A stretch of DNA of 61,848 nucleotides, taken from contig JAJQDO010000010.1 of the NCBI GenBank assembly GCA_021202175.1, positions 1-61,848 of the forward strand, in the 5' to 3' direction. Source of the stretch: Clostridiales bacterium (GTDB lineage: Bacteria; Bacillota; Clostridia; Lachnospirales; Lachnospiraceae). The translations under genes were made by a program, and so were the position numbers. The notes beneath the pieces are model-generated. The model made no database searches and had not been told where the DNA came from. It saw only the letters and a list, made by a program, of their open reading frames with translations. Below, in pieces: positions 59,666-61,848 of the stretch. How positions within the stretch are numbered: the first letter of the stretch is position 1; each line of letters starts with the position of its first letter.

Positions 59666-60406
59666 TTACATTACCATGCCGCCATCTACAGAAAGCACCT
59701 GCCCAGTGATATAAGACGCCATATCGGACGCCAGAAACAGGGCCGCATTGGCGATATCCTCCGGCTCGGCAAAGCGATGCAGCGGAATCTGTGCCATCGA
59801 GGCTTCCTTCACTTCATCACTTAACACATCTGTCATCTCCGTCTTGACAAAACCTGGAGCAATGGCGTTGGCCGTGATATTTCTCGAAGCCAGTTCTTTG
59901 GCCACAGACTTGGTAAGCCCGATGATGCCTGCCTTGGAAGCACTGTAATTCGCCTGTCCGGCATTTCCCGCGATACCGACTACCGATGTAATGTTGATGA
60001 TACATCCAAATCTCTTGCGCATCATCTGACGGCTGGCGAATCGGATGCAATTGAAGCATCCCTTGAGGTTGGTATCTATAACATCATCAAAGTCCTTTTC
60101 CGACATCCCCATGATCAGACCATCTCTGGTGATTCCCGCGTTATTGACCAGGATATCAATCCTGCCAAAGGTTTTCACCACGCTTTTGATGAAAGCATCA
60201 CAAGCGTCAAAATCAGCCACATTACACCGGAAGATCTCCGCCTTTCCGCCGGCTTCTTCAATCTCCGCCTTCACCGCAGCCGCTTTGGCTTCATTTCCAT
60301 TATAATGAACAGCCACGCTGGCTCCTGCCTTGCCGTAGGCCACGGCAATAGCTCTTCCAATCCCACCGGATGCGCCGGTAACTACTGCGACTTTTCCTTC
60401 TAACAT
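59666..60406 (-). CDS. fabG: 3-oxoacyl-ACP reductase
   Basis: [28 protein letters not shown]. Confidence 0.96.
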   Translation of the reverse strand: MLEGKVAVVTGASGGIGRAIAVAYGKAGASVAVHYNGNEAKAAAVKAEIEEAGGKAEIFRCNVADFDACDAFIKSVVKTFGRIDILVNNAGITRDGLIMGMSEKDFDDVIDTNLKGCFNCIRFASRQMMRKRFGCIINITSVVGIAGNAGQANYSASKAGIIGLTKSVAKELASRNITANAIAPGFVKTEMTDVLSDEVKEASMAQIPLHRFAEPEDIANAALFLASDMASYITGQVLSVDGGMVM

Positions 60407-61336
60407 TTACATAAGCTCCTTTATCTTTTCTACCACTGTAACCATTTCCTCCACAGTACCAATCTTAAACATATTTACTTTTCTATCGATCTTCCGCATA
60501 AAGCCGGACAATGTCTTACCCGGTCCGATTTCCACGAAAATATCCACGCCCTCCGCGATCATCCGGCGTACACTCTGCTCCCACATCACGGAGCTGGAGA
60601 CCTGGTCTCTTAACAGTTCCTTGGTCTGGCTGATATCGGTGATGACCTCAGCTGTCACATTGGTCACATAAGGGATGGAAAGCGGTCTCCAGTCTACCGT
60701 TTCCAATGTCTCATAGAGTTCTTCTCCCGCGCCTTTTAAAAATGGAGAATGGAAGGGTCCGCTGACCTTGACCGGAATCACCCGCTTGGCGCCGGCTTCT
60801 TTAAAGGCAGGCGTCGCCTGCTCGATGGCATCCTTTTTCCCGGTGACCACGATCTGGCCCGGACAATTATAATTGGCGACGGTTACATTTTCAACCGTGT
60901 CCGTCACTGCCTTCACCTGTTCCCCGGAAAGTCCTAAGACCGCTGCCATGCCGCCGGAGCCGTCCGGAACCGCATTGTGCATCAGATTACCACGTACCCA
61001 GATGGTCTTGACCGCGTCCTCATAGCTCATGCCGCCCGCCGCGACAATCGCGCAATACTCGCCCAGGCTTAGTCCCGCTGCCATATCCGGGTGAATCCCC
61101 TGATTCTCAATCTCCCTGGTCATGGCCAGACAAGTTGTGACCAGAGCAGCCTGCGTATAATCCGTACGATTCAGCAAGTCATTCTCCTCAAAGCATATCG
61201 AAGTGATATCGAAACTGAGCAAGGCGTTGCTCTGCTCATACGCATCCTTTGCCAGAGAGCTCTGCTCATAAAAATCCTTACCCATGCCAACCGTCTGGGC
61301 GCCCTGTCCCGGATAAAGAAATCCTATCTTACTCAT
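60407..61336 (-). CDS. fabD: Malonyl-CoA:ACP transacylase
   Basis: PGQGAQ, GLSLGEY, ANYNCPGQ, VSGPFHS, EIGPGKTL. Confidence 0.96.
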   Translation of the reverse strand: MSKIGFLYPGQGAQTVGMGKDFYEQSSLAKDAYEQSNALLSFDITSICFEENDLLNRTDYTQAALVTTCLAMTREIENQGIHPDMAAGLSLGEYCAIVAAGGMSYEDAVKTIWVRGNLMHNAVPDGSGGMAAVLGLSGEQVKAVTDTVENVTVANYNCPGQIVVTGKKDAIEQATPAFKEAGAKRVIPVKVSGPFHSPFLKGAGEELYETLETVDWRPLSIPYVTNVTAEVITDISQTKELLRDQVSSSVMWEQSVRRMIAEGVDIFVEIGPGKTLSGFMRKIDRKVNMFKIGTVEEMVTVVEKIKELM

Positions 61337-61848
61337 AAATCTTCGTTCCTTTCAAAAGTGATTCTGCCTGCGCGTTGAGGCTCTCTATGATGTCCTTGCA
61401 GCTTCTGACTTCCTTTATCATGCCGGCAATCTGTCCTGCCATGATACTGCCATGAATCACGTCGCCATCGACAACAGCTCTACGCAGGCCGCCGAGTGTC
61501 AGCTGTTCCAGCTCCTCCATCGAGGCTCCCGCTGCCTCCAGGCGAAGATACTCCTGTGTCTGTTTGTTGCGGAGCAAGCGACCCGGAGAACCGACGCTTC
61601 TTCCGGTCCCTTTCGTTTCAATGTCACTCGCTTTGATAAGCTTTTTCTTATAAGCCTCGTGTACGATGGATTCCTCCGATGCCACGAAGATGGTTCCCAT
61701 CTGCACCGCCTTGGCTCCCAGCATAAACGCGGCGGCAATTCCGCGTCCGTCAGCGATACCACCAGCGGCAACGACCGGGATGGATACGGCATCCACCACC
61801 TGCGGAACCACCGCCATCGTCGTGGTCTCCCCAACATGGCCGCCGGAT
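61329..61848 (-). CDS. fabK: Enoyl-ACP reductase FabK, C-terminal part (5' end outside the window)
   Basis: GGHVG.TTTM, AAGGIADGRG, VQMGT, MAGQIAG. Confidence 0.9.
   Translation of the reverse strand, partial: SGGHVGETTTMAVVPQVVDAVSIPVVAAGGIADGRGIAAAFMLGAKAVQMGTIFVASEESIVHEAYKKKLIKASDIETKGTGRSVGSPGRLLRNKQTQEYLRLEAAGASMEELEQLTLGGLRRAVVDGDVIHGSIMAGQIAGMIKEVRSCKDIIESLNAQAESLLKGTKIYE

Overview
Chromosomal window from a Firmicute, most likely Lachnospiraceae/Clostridia (inferred from gene content). Two core flanks surround an accessory region of about 21 kb (~11.2-32.3 kb). The left flank (1-11.1 kb) carries ftsK, tepA, an orphan degenerate hsdM plus half-size hsdS, a flavodoxin-ferredoxin, an S11 peptidase and a PPi-type PFK. 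The right flank (32.4-61.8 kb) carries an ABC-F ATPase, an 8-tRNA cluster, pcrA, ldh, ahpC/ahpF-like, murI and the fab/acc operon. The most notable element is a candidate DNA-inversion switch in the accessory region. A 1.59-kb segment (23102-24689) is bounded by 27-bp inverted repeats, encodes its own intact tyrosine recombinase, and carries a TTGACT-17-TATAAT promoter. That promoter currently points away from a sortase-dependent pilus operon (apparent OFF phase). The operon opens with an unannotated 30-aa Zn-ribbon micro-ORF, encodes a CHAP+vWA tip adhesin with His/Cys repeats, and ends with a catalytically dead paralog of the recombinase. The region also holds an AT-rich protease/PadR module and a phd-doc cassette flanked by 54-bp direct repeats. 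Several single-base frameshifts and two in-frame stops may be sequencing or assembly errors. All calls come from reading the sequence; no searches were run.
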